Assembly (NCBI GenBank): GCA_003693705.1
Contig: RBZT01000993.1
Location: 1-63,908, forward strand
Length of the DNA: 63,908 nt
Reading direction: 5' to 3'
Source: Polymyxa betae A26-41
Lineage: Eukaryota > Protista > Endomyxa: Phytomyxea
The position numbers and the translations under genes are program-made. How positions within the stretch are numbered: position 1 is the stretch's first letter; every line of letters begins with the position of its first letter. Below the pieces are notes generated by a model. That model worked only from the letters and a program-made list of their open reading frames with translations, was not told the DNA's origin and made no database searches. This document shows positions 40,152-52,699 of the stretch, one piece after another.

Positions 40152-42190
40152 TTATCCTCTGTGGATAAGAATAGGGGTATCATCCTCAAATGTTGATTCT
40201 GTAGATATTGAGATTCGTTTCCTTGGCGGATTAAACGAAGTAAATTTAGATGTTCTCGGCAATACAGTTAAACTATGGAACAGAAGTGGCGACAAAACGA
40301 AAGACAGAAAGGTGAGCGCCAAAACATGGAGGTAATGTGTTCTGCTAATGATTTCCAGTTGATATCCCTGTCAGCAAAATCAGATAGACGACCACTGAAA
40401 CTTTTTTAAGAATAAACCTTTGCGGCAAGAATCATACTGAATTCAGCCACAGTAGAAATACTGAGTCCAATTGCTAACGAATTTGCTTTGGATTGTCCAG
40501 AAAGCTTCGAAACAACGAAACCTGAGACAAACTTGACTAAGATCACAATAACGAGCGTTCCAAGAATAGTCCATAAATGAAATAAAATGAACCGAGGTGA
40601 TAACAGCATTCCTATACTAGCGAATAGGATCCCTAAGCTTAAAGTCAGACTCCCTAAACTGACCGAATTTGTCAATACCCGAAAACATGTGAATCAAAGG
40701 GCGAAGTTTAGTTACAGCATTTCGGCCTAAATCTGAATCAGACAGAATCATACCTGGATGATTGAATCAATTAGATTGTAATTTAGCAATTTGATGAAAC
40801 TGGCTTACCTGCTGTCATTGCGCCAAATTCTATTGATAATCCAACTAAAGTGGATATGGCGCTAAACACAGCACATAGAGAAAGAATTGACATTAGAAAC
40901 AGCTTTGACGCTGGGCGATCGAGCAAGGTGCTAGTAAGCTTTGGTAATGCTTTCCGAGAAAACCAGATGGAAAAGAAGGTCAAAGCAGCTCCATATATTA
41001 ACTGCTTCATGACAATAAAGATGCCCAGTGGACCAAAATAAAGAGCGTCCTGAACATAAAGTTAAAGAAAACATGAGACCTGATAATAGCAAACCGGAAG
41101 ACAAAGAAGAAATCCCATGAATAAATCTTGCCCAGTAAGGATAGAGATTGCAATTTTCAAGGCTTGATTACTGTGTGCAGAATCTCCTTTCAGCTCAAGC
41201 GTTGAGGTCGAGCTAGAAAGTGCCATACACAATGCAAACATTATAGTAGAACGAAGACCAGCAGCATGGATATCCATGAACGTTGAGAGAAAAGACGGCA
41301 CGATGACGACAATGGTAAAGAATTGTGCTAAAAATGCAAATGCTGTCATTCGATACGAGCGATGCAGAATGTCGCGATCGAACGAAACACCGCTTTCAAA
41401 GAGCAATAAGGAAATACCAGCTTGAGCCAAGCTATCAATATATTTGACATTTGAGGCATGTAGCAAATTTAATCCACTTGGGCCAACAGCCATTCCACCA
41501 ATAATAAATCCTGGACAAGAAATTAAACCTAAACAGTGGATTTCAACAACATAACACGTACCGAGAAATACAGGCAACTTGTAATATTCAGCCCCAGCAG
41601 CTGCCATTGTAGCAGCTATCAGTAAACAAACAAGATCGGCAACAAATGTAGGGCTTTCTTGTAGTAAAGCTGGATCGACAGCCTTCTCATCCCTTCTCTC
41701 TGGTGGAGTCAAATCTCCATCTTGCGTCTGAACCAATCCCGTGTCATAATCTACAACCTTTGGATTTTCAATAGCAGCATCTTTGGCGTTCCTGAATTCC
41801 TCCAATTGAATGCTTAGCTTTGCATTCAATTGCCTTTCAGCTTCAAGCTGGACTCTAGTTTGGTTTAGCAATTCGCCGACGTCATCCATAATTGTAGTAT
41901 CTTCCTAAAGTTTTTCAGACTATGAATCTCGTATAGATATATCCAAGCAATACTTGTAATGTCTGCATGACATTCAACTGATGATTGAAGGTGGTATTAT
42001 CTGATGTGCTGATCTCTGGGATCAATATCTCTTTAGATGGTTCTGATGTAAAGTTGGAAGTGGAACTGGGAAAAATTGGAATATGCACATCTGATTCTGC
42101 TGTCGAGGTCGATGTGGATATCAAGGTAAGTAAGGCCAGTAAACAGGAGATATGGTTGGGTGGGACTTGATCTGGAGATCTCCCAATCAT
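40152..42190 (-). CDS. CPA2 K+/H+ antiporter, KEA4-6/TMCO3-like
   Basis: Signal peptide, coiled coil, DPALL..FVADLV, GFIIGGMAVGPSGL, LAQAGISLLLFESG, ALSSST, IL.GQD, AEFSMILA. Confidence 0.85.
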
Positions 42191-42370
42191 GATTATCTCG
42201 CAATTAATAATCAGCGGCCTACCACCTCTATAGATGAGACGCAGACGGTAAATACAGAGGCAGAGAGGGACGTGTTCTATGATGTTCCACCTGACTACAT
42301 TCATAATTGCAGTCAGACTCAGAGGTTCCTTCCATAAATCTATTCCTACCATTCAAGACATTCCAGTGAT

Positions 42371-45300
42371 TTATTTCACAGCCGTACGGCTTCCAATCTT
42401 GCCCTCTCGTAGCTGCAGGCTAAAATCGGATGGCTGTGAGCCCATGAATGCTGCATAAATCGATGTGAAGCGCTGGCGTTCAGCGGCTGATACAGATAGG
42501 CGACTGTTTTGGAGGGCTTGGTCGATATGAAACCCTGTTATGATAGCGTGATTAGATCTTTGCTCAATTGCTTCATGAACAGCAGCGATGTGAGCTGAGT
42601 TCAGAACGCCCTGCAGATCCGCCCCGGTATAGTTCGATGTCCTTTGAGCGATATCGGACAGATCTATATCAGACTTTAAATTCAACTTTCTGGAAAGCAT
42701 CCTTAAAATGCTTAAACGAGCATCAAAGTCGGGTATTCCACAATATAAGCACTTGTCGAATCTTCCAGGTCTAAGAAGTGCTGGGTCCAACAGATCAGGA
42801 CGACTTGTAGCTGCCAGAACATAAACCCCAGTTCTTAGTTCAACACCATCCAGATGACATAACATCTGATTAACAACACGATCAGTAACTCCAGTGCTGT
42901 CGGCTCCACGTCGAGGAGCTATTGACTCGAATTCATCGAAGAATAAGATACATGGTGCGGCGGCGCCAGCACGGCTAAACTGTGCACGAATTCCCTGCTC
43001 GCTTTCACCGATATATTTATTCAGCAGCTCAGGTCCTTTGATAGAAATAAAGTTCAAACCACATTCACGGGCGACAGCTGATGCAACTAACGTCCTACAT
43101 CGAACTGACTCAGTCATCCTTACGAGCAACAAGTTACAAGATACTTTCCGCAGCCAGGAGGGCCAAAAAGAAGCAGTCCTGATCGTAGCTTTAAAGGAGA
43201 TTGTTGAAACAGGAATGGGTATCGAGCAGGAAGTTCGAATGTTTCTCTTAAGGTCTTGCGAACTTCTTCGAGACCGCCAATATCCGACCAAGAAACGTCT
43301 GATGTCTTTAGATCAATACCTTGCCTCGATCTGGGTGTAAAATCATTCAGAACAGATTCGATGTGAGATCTGAAATGAAATCAATACTTCAATTACAGCG
43401 ATTTGATATTTGTTACGTCTTAAGATGGATGACTGCTGACTTTTCTTGTGACAACGCTGTATGGACCGAATGCTCAATGATCTTGACAATATCTTGAGCA
43501 ACAAATCCGTCGCTTTTATATGCGAAAAAATCCAGATCGAGGTCGCTGAAGTCTATTCCTTTGACTTCTAGGCAGTCCATAATAATGTCTTTCCTGATAT
43601 CATAATCTGGTACAGGCAAGGCAACTTCCATTGAGAATGCCCCTGGGAAGCGAAGAGATGGATGTATAGAAGAATAGGTGGATGATGATGCAACCCATGT
43701 TATAGGAAGATGTCGATACACATTCTTAACTGCAATTAACAGATCTGCTAGATATTCCGATATCTGGGTGACACGCAATCCCAGACCGGAGTCGTTTTCT
43801 GCAGGACATGGAAGCAAACTATCATAAAATCACCAATCAATTGACTACAACAGGAAAATTTTACCTATCAAGATCATCGAATATGATAATGGAAGGTGAT
43901 TGCGAAATTGCAGTGTTAATGACGGATTTCAAATGCGCTTTGATATCGTCGGTTTTATCGGAAGCCATCGCAGCGCAGCTGATCCAGAATTCAGCCGCCA
44001 ACACATTTTGATCGACTAACAAACGTTTGGCAAGAGCATGTAAGAAAAAGCTTTTGCCCACACCAGGATTTCCAGTGAGGCAGATCCCACTGAAAAATCG
44101 TGAATGGGGCAGCTTTGAAAATCTATTTTCGAAATGTTGATCTGATAGTTTCCCCAAACAAAGAGCCAGCCGTGAAGATATAGAATCCAGCAAATTCGGA
44201 AATACAGAACATCTTATAGAATGATCAGCATCATCAACGAAAGAATCAGACATTTTCGATTCGCCAAGAAACTTGACATGCAATAAAGTATGGCCTTGAC
44301 CAAGAACTATTACGGTGTCTTCTGAGCGAATACTCCAAATATTCCCAATATTATCTTCAACGGCCACATCTGGGCCAATAAGAACGACATCTTGATCAAC
44401 AACTATATCGATAATTTCACCATCGGCAGCATCGATTTGCCCAGCTCTTCGAACCAATAATGCAGGAATGGATCCCATATTTGATGCATCGATTTCGCTA
44501 GGATATTCGCAGAGGCGATGTACGATAATGTGTTCGAATCTCTGAACGCCTAATCGGGATCTTAACATTGGAGGAAGTAGAATGTGTCCTGAACTGCAAT
44601 TATTGGTAGCAACCAGCTGAACTGTAATCTCTTGCTTGCCATGCAACCGGGCAAAAGCTAATGGCGGTAATTCCAACGACTCAAATACTGACTGCCTAAC
44701 AGCAACTCTATTAGAGCCAATGCGATCGATACAGTGATTGACTCGAAGTCGAACGCTATCAGCAATAGTTCTAGGTGATGATTCAGAAAATGACTTAGCG
44801 CTTGGCTTTACCACAATTTGGGAATTACGGCCAAGTTTGACGAAATCACAGCCATTGTTCGCAGCCGAAACAACACGGATATAAACTAAAGCCTGATTCT
44901 TGATCCAGAATGGAAACTTATTGCCCACTTCCAAAATGTCGACTTGGTTTAGAAATTCAGATTCAATGTATCCGGCTGTAATTCGTCATATAAATCCATA
45001 CTGATGTCGTCATGGTACCCAATACCTGAACTGGCTATGATTTCCCAATCATCTAGCGAAACTGGTTCAACAAGAATTTGCGAACAAGTAGGAATGGCGT
45101 GATATCGTCTGTGTGAAGATTAGGGCTTCGTTAAAAAATAGTCATCAGACATTTACGGTTTACATTCAACGTTGATATACACATTTTCTGGAATACCAAG
45201 GCATCGTGCAAAAATGGGAGATATCTCAAGCGATTCTTGTGTAGAAGACGGCCGCAGCGTCGAGGCACCTACAAAAGCAGTTCCGCAATCCCATGTCAAC

Positions 45301-45422
45301 TTTAACGGGAACGATCCCTTTGTCGAAGAAGCCTTTTGAAATAATGGTGGCGGAAGGGATATGAAACAGGTCTGAATGGATCCATGATAGCTAACAATAA
45401 GATTTGTAGATGCATTGATCAT
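42371..45422 (-). CDS. PEX1: peroxisomal biogenesis AAA ATPase
   Basis: N-terminal FISLP and [16 protein letters not shown]; D1 [15 protein letters not shown]; D2 GPPGCGK|[50 protein letters not shown]. Confidence 0.93.
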
Positions 45423-45627
45423 CACTAGGTAGCTGTATAATATTTAAATAATATGGGAGTCTGGACTACGCAACTATTAAATCCAAATAAAGTTCATGAT
45501 AAATAACACCTGGAATAACTAACTGGCTCTACCGCATGGCATGTAACATCAACTGTAACGTCACTACAGATGCAAACGTTGATTTCAGACAATTGATTCA
45601 CTTTGATATCAAACTGAACATTGCCAA

Positions 45628-46782
45628 ATGATGGCAACTGAGGTGTCGTGTCTAAGGCAGCCGCTACCTTCCATCAACGCCATTGATGAAGGAGCCACGG
45701 CTTGCAGTAGCAGTAGTGAAGAGGAGTATCATGTCAATCTGAATGGGCACCACTCTGCTAGGCCTTTTACTTCGTTAAAGTCCAAGGTCGACAAAACCAA
45801 AGCAATCCAGATAGACCCAGTTTCTGGTAGTAAGCGCCCACGAAATCAAAAGTCTCCAGTTTCTGCCACAGATTTACTGAGAGCCGCCAAAATGGCTCAA
45901 GCAGCAGGAGTTGGCAAAATACAATCGATGAAGCTAGCACGGTACTCTATGGAACCGCCACTTAAGAGAAAGCTTACAAACGACAAAAAACCTTTTATTG
46001 CCAATCGTGTTCGTGCTTTAGCTGTGAAAAATAGCTCCAATGTTTCCGAGCCAATTTATACGGCTACTTCAGCAAATACCGATTTGTCCAACTCCAACCA
46101 GTCTGCAGACTTCGTAAAATTGGAGAAAGCTTTACGTACTGTTGATACTATGGCTGTTGTCGGAAGACTATGTCGAGTTGACGGGATAATGCCCGATCTT
46201 GCTTTACATGTTGTCTATGAATACCTCAGGTTCCTTATTTTGCTTATTCGATGCCAAGATTGGAATGCTACAATGCTATGGCCTTCACCAATGGTTGATT
46301 TCGCATGGCGCCAGCATGTTCTGGACACAGTTAAGTATCTCTCTGATTGTCAATCAATCTGCGGCCGATTTATCCATTATAATCCCGATGCTGAATTAGG
46401 CGGCCAACAGCTTTGTGCTATCAAGTACTCGCGAACTTTAGCTCTTTACAAGAGCGTATTTGGAGATCCTCCAATAGGGATTTGGCCAACAGAGCAGGAC
46501 TTGATTCCAGACAACAGTTTACCCCATCCAAATTCTGAAGTTTCGACATGCATTCAGCTTATCTGTCGTATTCCAACAGGGACGACGACAACCATTGAAG
46601 TAAATCTTGGCGATAGTGCTGGACAGATCTTCGACAAATTGAAAAACTGGGAAAATGTCTCACTTGACTCGCATATCTTGGTGTTGAACGGTGATATATT
46701 AAATCCAAACAAGCTAATGAACAGCCTCGAGTTGAAGCAAGGCATGTTCATTGACGTTATCCCTGCAATCAATGCCAGATAA
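45628..46782 (+). CDS. intronless GRDP/DUF1399-like domain protein with a C-terminal ubiquitin-like domain
   Basis: EYLRFL..PSPMVDFAWRQHVLDTVKY..DC..GRFIHYNP; C-terminal IQLICRIPTGTTTTIEV..LVLNGDIL..LM..L.LKQG..I.V. Confidence 0.7.
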   Translation: MMATEVSCLRQPLPSINAIDEGATACSSSSEEEYHVNLNGHHSARPFTSLKSKVDKTKAIQIDPVSGSKRPRNQKSPVSATDLLRAAKMAQAAGVGKIQSMKLARYSMEPPLKRKLTNDKKPFIANRVRALAVKNSSNVSEPIYTATSANTDLSNSNQSADFVKLEKALRTVDTMAVVGRLCRVDGIMPDLALHVVYEYLRFLILLIRCQDWNATMLWPSPMVDFAWRQHVLDTVKYLSDCQSICGRFIHYNPDAELGGQQLCAIKYSRTLALYKSVFGDPPIGIWPTEQDLIPDNSLPHPNSEVSTCIQLICRIPTGTTTTIEVNLGDSAGQIFDKLKNWENVSLDSHILVLNGDILNPNKLMNSLELKQGMFIDVIPAINAR

Positions 46783-48087
46783 TGCACCCAGCTAGTTTTA
46801 ACCTACAATTCTTATATACACATACCTATCGATTTTAAAGCAAAGCTATTGCTCATAAATATTGCTGTTTATAATGCCAATAAAACAACATTATTACTGA
46901 AACCGGGAGATCGATTACAGGTACATTGAGAAGTTATTATTATGAAATGACAAGTGATGTCGACTTCAGAACAGATCTTTATTGTTTATAAATATGTTGC
47001 TCCATCATTAAAGCAAGCTCCTATAATTTGTCCTGGAACATTGTTGGCATCAAGTAACATACCTCATGTTGCAGATTACTAGCTTTAACATCATGTTTAG
47101 CATGGACAATCCATCAAGATTCTTCATTTACATTGGAATATGACAATAATGAGCATCCTTTTATTACAAGGTTAGACAGAAACTATTCTGTAAAGTCGCT
47201 TATCATCAAGCCGTACAGATTAGTCTCCGAAATTGCAAACATATGGATTGACAAGAACTCAACGTGGATACTGAAGATACAATGGAAGACAAAAGCAGAG
47301 ACTGAGATATTTTTAACTCAAGAGAGAGCGAAGCTAATTCACGCGCTAGGGTTTCCAAAACAAGAAAAAATTGATATGCATTGCATTGAACAATGGGCTC
47401 AGAAGAATTCACCGGTAATATTACTTTCAGTCTGAAGCCAAAATTGACTTCGGTTAGCTATTGAATGAAATCAAACAATATCATGACTCTCCGGGAAAAA
47501 ATAATCAAAGAAAACAGAACGAGAAAAACAATAAGGAAATCCTAGGACATGATGACCACATAGAGAGAAAAGCTGGAGAAGAGATCTCTGTCTGTAATCC
47601 AGTATGATATGTTTGATGTGCTGTTTATATGATAATCTGAATATTCTAGTTACCCATTACAGTCGAAGGATATCTCAAGAAACGCATACGAAATCAATCC
47701 TTATTTTCCAAAGCTATAAACAAGGTAAAGTGACATCGCCAACCAATAAAATATAAAAAACGATAATAACAATGTTTAGACTGAGCACAAACGATGGTTC
47801 CGGCTCCAGCAGGTAAAACGGAGAGTCATCTGATTTGGTAAAATCTAAGGAGTGGTTGGTAATAGGCAATTCGATCCGGAGCTGGTGCCTTATTGCAATG
47901 GAGCAACAGCACTAATGGGAAAGAATGGAGATCAATCGTTGTAATTGGGATCAATCCACCATCAGAAGATCCATTGGTGCTGGAATTTAGAACTGCTAGC
48001 CTAACCGAGCCTGTCTTTTCCGCAATGGCAGAGACAGTGAAAGACGCTATGATTTGGAGACATGCAATGACCCAGTTAATCCAATGA
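46782..48087 (+). CDS. multi-exon protein with a C-terminal PH domain (possible C2-like N-terminus)
   Basis: VEGYLKKR..|TEHKRWFRLQQ|..LLQWS..AETVKDAMIWRHAM; candidate ATG at 46782 spliced through intron 46795-46840. Confidence 0.6.
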
Positions 48088-48099
48088 ATGATATTAAAA

Positions 48100-48303
48100 A
48101 GACCATGTCGATAGGAGATTATATCTGTATGATGTTTAACAACCAAACTACCACATACAGCTCTTGATAATAATCTATACAGTACTGTATGTATTATATA
48201 GACCATGTCGATAGGAGATTATATCTGTATGATGTTTAACACCCCAAAACTACCACAAACAGCTCTTGATAATAATCTATACAGTACTGTATGTATTTAT
48301 TAT
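48100..48303. repeat. 100-bp tandem duplication (2 copies)
   Basis: GACCATGTCGATAGGAGATT... begins at 48101 and at 48201; the copies are near-identical. Confidence 0.95.
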
Positions 48304-48410
48304 ATTACTACGGAGAAATTGGCAATATACAGGATATTACTAATATGATATGCGGCCGTTTGCGCCATTGAATTCTGGCCAGACATCTAGGCTACGACTA
48401 TATACGAATC

Positions 48411-49634
48411 ATGTCGTATCGGCAACCAGGCCGAACAGGATTAAGATTTAGTGAACTGATACGAAATCAGCTCTATAGGACTGAGACCACAGCATCTTCT
48501 GACATCAATCAAGATGATCTGGTTCAGATTTACCTAGTGCCAGATAATGTCTCAGATACTGGACAAGGAGCACCACCTGCTTCAGCAGCTGCTATTGAAT
48601 CACTAATCGAGATCACCATGACCTCTGATATGCTACAGAAAGATTGTGCTGTATGTCGTGATGCTATAGTATTTGGTGATCTAATGAAGCAATTACCATG
48701 TCAACATCATTTTCATACTAACTGCATTGTACCATGGCTAAATCAACGGAATACTTGCCCAATCTGTCGTCATGAATTACCCACTGATGATGAAGATTAT
48801 GATATGAGACGGCAATCGATTCGTCGAATAGAATACAGTCCTGTTCGACAATTTCCATCTCCATCAATAATGTCTGAGGAGACTCAAGAAACAGATGACA
48901 ATGAATCAGAGAATGTCGAAGAAGGCGGTGATCATGACCACCAAATTATTGATCGTCAAGATTCCGAGTTCAGTCTAGAAGGAGTACTTGTTGATGATGA
49001 CAATTACGCGATCAGTTACGAAGAAGGCGACGAATTCGACAGATTTGAATGGGTGTCTGATTGGGACAATGTCTCAGATGTATTATTTCGGGAATTAATG
49101 GACTATGAAAGGAGTGATAACAACAATAATGAAGGCGATGATGGTGACGGCAGCTATAGCTTCGGGTCGGATCGACATTCCCGATTAATGGATGGCGCTA
49201 ATCTGCGTCTTCAGGAGCGATTAAATCGCTATATGGCGCCATTACGTTCAGAGATTGCCCGCCTTCAACATCAACTCAATAACGCCATACAATCGCTACG
49301 TTATGAACGTGCTCGCAACGAGCAATTGCAGAGGCATTCACATATTCTGAATGGTCGTTTTTCCAGATCCGACACAGAGACATTAACGGTTCAGCAGCTT
49401 CAGCATATGGAACTTCAGCTGCATCAAGTCCATGAACAAATTTGTCAGGTTTTAGAGTGTCGTATTCAACAACAATCTGCATCTCAATGTCTACGTTGTG
49501 GATCCTTAATTGATGTTATACTACGACCATGTAATTGTACCTGTTGCTGTCAATCATGTGTCATATCTGGTCTAATACGATGTCCTGCATGTTATCAACT
49601 TATTGGTTCATTTCGACCTATTCATATCAGGTAA
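48411..49634 (+). CDS. E3 ubiquitin ligase with N-terminal RING-H2 and C-terminal RING-like domain
   Basis: PPASAAAIESL..CAVCRD..LPCQHHFHTNCIVPWL..TCPICRHELPTDD; C-terminal CLRC..ILRPCNCTCCCQSC..CPAC. Confidence 0.85.
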   Translation: MSYRQPGRTGLRFSELIRNQLYRTETTASSDINQDDLVQIYLVPDNVSDTGQGAPPASAAAIESLIEITMTSDMLQKDCAVCRDAIVFGDLMKQLPCQHHFHTNCIVPWLNQRNTCPICRHELPTDDEDYDMRRQSIRRIEYSPVRQFPSPSIMSEETQETDDNESENVEEGGDHDHQIIDRQDSEFSLEGVLVDDDNYAISYEEGDEFDRFEWVSDWDNVSDVLFRELMDYERSDNNNNEGDDGDGSYSFGSDRHSRLMDGANLRLQERLNRYMAPLRSEIARLQHQLNNAIQSLRYERARNEQLQRHSHILNGRFSRSDTETLTVQQLQHMELQLHQVHEQICQVLECRIQQQSASQCLRCGSLIDVILRPCNCTCCCQSCVISGLIRCPACYQLIGSFRPIHIR

Positions 49635-49663
49635 TTGTCATATAATACACTATTACAATCTAT

Positions 49664-50423
49664 TTATACAAATTTCGTTTTTACTCCATTGAATGTGTTC
49701 TGTGTTGTCATAGCTTTCTTCTGTTTCGAGGCAACCCATGATGGATGTTCATTTCCTTTAACTTCTTTCGGCTTCAAATTCATAAATTTGGCTTTGTTGC
49801 CAAATTTTTCTAACGCTAAAGCTCTACGAGCTCGTTGCCCGGGACGATTCTTTGCTGGTAGCCGATCGACCTCATCGATCTCTTCACTTTCGCTATCATC
49901 TTCACTTCCAGCTTCGTCAAGTATATTCTTGCCCCGAATTTCAGTGATAGCTGCCGTAACAGCTGCTGATTCACAGATTAGCTTCATAATTGAGACCTGG
50001 TCCGAGTCGGTCTGATTCTCGCTCAGTACAGGGCCATAATTCTGATTGAACATTCTTAACATGGCTGCAACAGCGACCTGATCGATATCAACGCCCTGTC
50101 ATACATCAAATATCAGCGATATTAAACAATCAGGAAGAGAAGAGCTAAAATTACATCACCTTGACTATGGTGAGGTTTTTCTCATGCTTGTTTACTGACT
50201 TCATTCGTTTACAACGAGATTGATCGTCGTTGGCCTGCGATAATTGCTGCAGGCGTGCCTGGGTACTTCGCAATGCTTTCACAGTCTTTTGAACGAGGAA
50301 TAACTTGGCTTTTTTAACTCCTTGACGAAGAAGACGCAAACGTCTACGCTGCTTCTTGCTCGATTGATATTGCTGCAATAGTGTTCTCCATTTCTGTTTT
50401 GGCGACAACGATGTAATATCCAT
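49664..50423 (-). CDS. BUD22: BUD22/SRFBP1 ribosome-biogenesis protein
   Basis: KNRPGQRARR..EKFG..HPSWVASK..FNGVKTKF. Confidence 0.8.
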
Positions 50424-50664
50424 AATAGATTCAGAAATCTTTCATGTTCTGATGAAACTCTATCAGATTTAGATACGCACTAATTTTTGACCTGAACCTA
50501 GGGACATTTTCTCACTATTTTATCCTGTCAGATCAAGGAGCATAGCAAAGGTAAAAATAACAGATCCACATCTCACTAAAACCTTTCAAAAATTATCCTC
50601 TACTCATGTCCTGGAAAATCAGTTTCTAAGTTGATTATAAGCGGAAGGTAACGATTCGGAAATT

Positions 50665-51092
50665 TTAATTGATCTTTTTGTTCGATCCACGGCGACTTCC
50701 AACTCTAGGTGTATTTTCAGAAGCGGCGGTTACAGGCTGGAAAGGGAGAGGATTTCGGTTGTAAATAGGCCAGTCTGGGAGACAAACCTAAATTCACTGT
50801 AAAAAGTTTTGCAGACAGATGATTCATCATTGGACGTACAACAGCTGATACAGCACTACCACCTAATATCGTGTATATCGCATACGATAACTTCTCATTG
50901 AAAAATCCAATGAGAAACCCCACCACCTAATTGAGTTTTTTTAACCTAAGCACATAATACCCAAATAATAACGAACCGCCGAGATAACGATGATGGTCAT
51001 AGCAATACGCTCACATAAGACCTGTCCTTTCCAATCCTGAGTATCGTATGAGACGATCACTGTGACAAACGAGCGAGACAGATGCTTGCCAT
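50665..51092 (-). CDS. SPCS1: signal peptidase complex subunit 1 (SPC12)
   Basis: M|DWKGQVLCERI..|VVGFLIGF..|VCLPDWPIYNRNPL.F. Confidence 0.9.
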
Positions 51093-51455
51093 CTTGACCG
51101 TTGGAAGAATCGATGATGAAGACAGACAACACAAGTGGCAGAATGAAGTGTGATGAATGAATGAAGCCAATAATAATCTAATCTACAAGCAAGTTCTACA
51201 GTACGCAAATAATGAAGTCATATATTGTATTTAGGACATTCTATATTGAATATTCTGCCAAACCTTTGTAACAGGAATGATTACAAACCAGCCATATTGA
51301 ATGCACAAACACACTAATATACTACTATAGAACAAATACACGAATTCAACTACATGATTAACAGATCACGAAACTAATTGCAAGAGTATTGAGATACAAA
51401 TTCAGAGATTATTGCAATGGTTGTTGATAAAACCCATTTGGATTGATAAAAAAAT

Positions 51456-51975
51456 TTATTTGCTCGCTTTCATGGGTTCAGCGCCGGGAGCTTGCTGACG
51501 CTGACGTAAGACAGCTTTCACAATCTACAAATATGATATCAGAAGCAGATTCTGATTTGTAAAATGCTTAATAAACCTTCTGCTCTTCGATGAGGAAAGC
51601 ACGAACGATACGTTGGCGAACGCACTGACCACAGCGAGATCCTCCATAGGCACGAGCGACAGTTCGCTTGCTCTTAGACAGAAGCTATAATAGATAATAA
51701 GCATGGGATAATGACAGAGCTGGATCTCTCAACTTTGTATTGGATGGGACGAAGACAGGGGATACCATGGATCTTAAGACCACAATCACCACATTTAGGT
51801 CCTGACAAATATATATATTAGTAAATAGATATTGTTATAGAGAAAAGATTCATATACCATTGGCCTTCTTAGTTCGATATTGAACAGTGTTCTGACCACC
51901 GGGGGTCTTAACAACCTTCACCTTGTTACTCTTGGTCGCATATGAATGACGACGACGGTATGTAAGACGCTGCAT
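51456..51975 (-). CDS. RPL34: 60S ribosomal protein eL34
   Basis: [63 protein letters not shown]|IVK. Confidence 0.95.
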
Positions 51976-52699
51976 GATCACCTACTACAATAATTACAAC
52001 CTCAATACCGATGCAACGTCCATGTACGAACCTAGACGATCTCGATAAAAACCAGCAAGAAATGGTGAGATCCAAATCTATAGAAGAAAGACCGTCACGG
52101 ACTCCGTAATTCTAATCTTATTCATTTCAACAATTCAATTAGGGCTCCTCATATATATATCACAAACTTTATCAAAAATCACGAGATTTTCGAGAAGAGG
52201 CGTCTCGCTCACCTTTTGCTATGGAAAATTTCCAACTGATATGAATTGCAGTATTCTGATAGAAATAAATCGATCGGAATCTGTCATCTTCATTACCGTT
52301 ATATGTTATTGATTTAGTAAAGAACACGTTATTAACTTTGGCAATGTTTTGCATCCAGAGAAATAAACAATTCAAGTGGAATCGTCAATTGATTCATATA
52401 GAGATGTTCATCTATATCAATCAATTAGTACCTAGATATATTCAATCTTATTCACATCATCTAATTGTTTATCAAGTAGAACATTGACAAAATGTAAACA
52501 ATGGTGCTTGTCATGGTTTTCTTGGGTAGATCAGATAGACAAAGTTGAATAATTGGCAGATAATCATACTGAGCTATGTTCATCATACACAGTGATCCTA
52601 TTTTCAAGAAAACAATAGATGCATAACAGCTCATACAACGACATTTAATTGTCTGTCTTTATATCAATTAAGGCTGAATAAAAGATTACATCGAGTCGA

